64,000 nucleotides of DNA from Dicyema japonicum (Eukaryota > Animalia > Dicyemida): NCBI GenBank assembly GCA_011109175.1, contig RDEW01000016.1:484811-548810 (forward strand), written 5' to 3'. A program made the translations under genes and the position numbers. The notes beneath the pieces were generated by a model, which was not told the DNA's origin, made no database searches, and worked only from the letters and a program-made list of their open reading frames with translations. Shown here one piece after another: positions 63,111-64,000 of the stretch. How positions within the stretch are numbered: the first letter of the stretch is position 1; every line of letters begins with the position of its first letter.

Positions 63111-63505
63111 ATTTCTTTGACAGCTGGTAATATTAAGGACTCTCCAGTAGTATGAGGTATTCCTGATAACATCTGCATCAAATTTCTCAGGATGAAAAAT
63201 CTTAAGATGATTTGACATTCTTGAGGGTTAGGTAATCCCAGTTCCCGCAATCAAACGAGCCAGGAACGAAAAGAGCCATCAACTTTTCCCCACCACGGGG
63301 GTTCCCGTTTTACTTTTTTATCACAATCTATAAAATATTAAATACAATTAGAAAATATTTATAAATATATCAGTAAATAATTTTTTAGAAAAGTACACAC
63401 AAGAAAAGTATAATTAATTAGAACAAAAAAAATATTTATAATAATTAAAAAAATTAAAATTCCAGCGCCCCTAATATGTTCCAACGTCCCCGTTAAGAAC
63501 CACTG
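63110..63505 (-). mobile_element. hAT/Buster end plus transposase fragment
   Basis: Reverse-strand TIR CAGTGGTTCTTAACG ends at 63505 next to CTTTAGAA; PHTTGESLILPAVKEI. Confidence 0.7.
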
Positions 63506-64000
63506 CTTTAGAAGGATGGTACGATTCAAAAAAGAGAGACTCTATCCTCAAGAAATTTGAGAAAACGCAAAATTTTGCTTTAAAGCTTGCTTACAGGATA
63601 AGTCCTCCCATGGAAGGAAAAATTTCCTATAGTTGAAAGGAAAAATGTGCAAGGTTGGCGGAACTATAGAAAATCTTATTGAGGTTTCAAAAATTGCACT
63701 AAAGTATCTGTCACATCTTCAGAGATGACCCTGTGTTTACGGATTATTTTGGGAAGACTGTCGGGGTAGAAGTTGGTTGGCATGCCCTACCGTTTCATAT
63801 TATTTCCCCCATCACTTAATTTACAGTGTTTTTTATAATAGCTTACTTACACTTTATCTTTAAAATAAATTAGTCATGCTAACTAATTTTCTTAACTTTT
63901 TTGTCTCGTCAGTCTTTTATAGGCTCTGGTTTGGCATTCACTGAAGGCGGCGTCACTCGTTTCCTTCAAGATTTGTAAAGAAATTTGCTAAATAAGCACA

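Noticed and set aside
1-64000. Most short ORFs in the supplied six-frame track, and any CRISPR or prokaryotic system
   Set aside because: They are antisense or shifted frames of TE relics, or chance ORFs. There is no repeat-spacer array, operon structure or rRNA.

Overview
This is AT-rich eukaryotic DNA made up mostly of decayed transposons. Non-LTR relics include RTE, I/Jockey-like (one with a 2A-like GDIETNPGP motif), many CRE-like RT-RLE elements (two with N-terminal PHD fingers) and R2/R4/NeSL-like RLE tails. DNA transposon relics include hAT/Buster and Tigger/pogo, with possible Merlin and Ginger pieces. Host genes are few and only become visible once tiny GT-AG introns (about 21-36 nt) are removed: an RBM5/RBM10-like splicing factor (10 introns, one in-frame TAG at a conserved Trp, no G-patch), two paralogous UBL-domain BAG6-like genes in a ~2.1 kb segmental duplication, and one tRNA-Leu(AAG). 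The intron sizes suggest a reduced parasite such as a myxozoan or dicyemid; this is inference only. The most striking unexplained structure is a dispersed ~140-270 nt repeat family, with at least 8 full or partial copies, headed by an HDV-ribozyme-like nested double pseudoknot with a non-canonical core. A second family is a tRNA-headed SINE with a conserved four-way-junction core and interchangeable tails. All alignments and folds were done by eye, family assignments rest on remembered motifs rather than database searches, and boundaries of degenerate relics are approximate.
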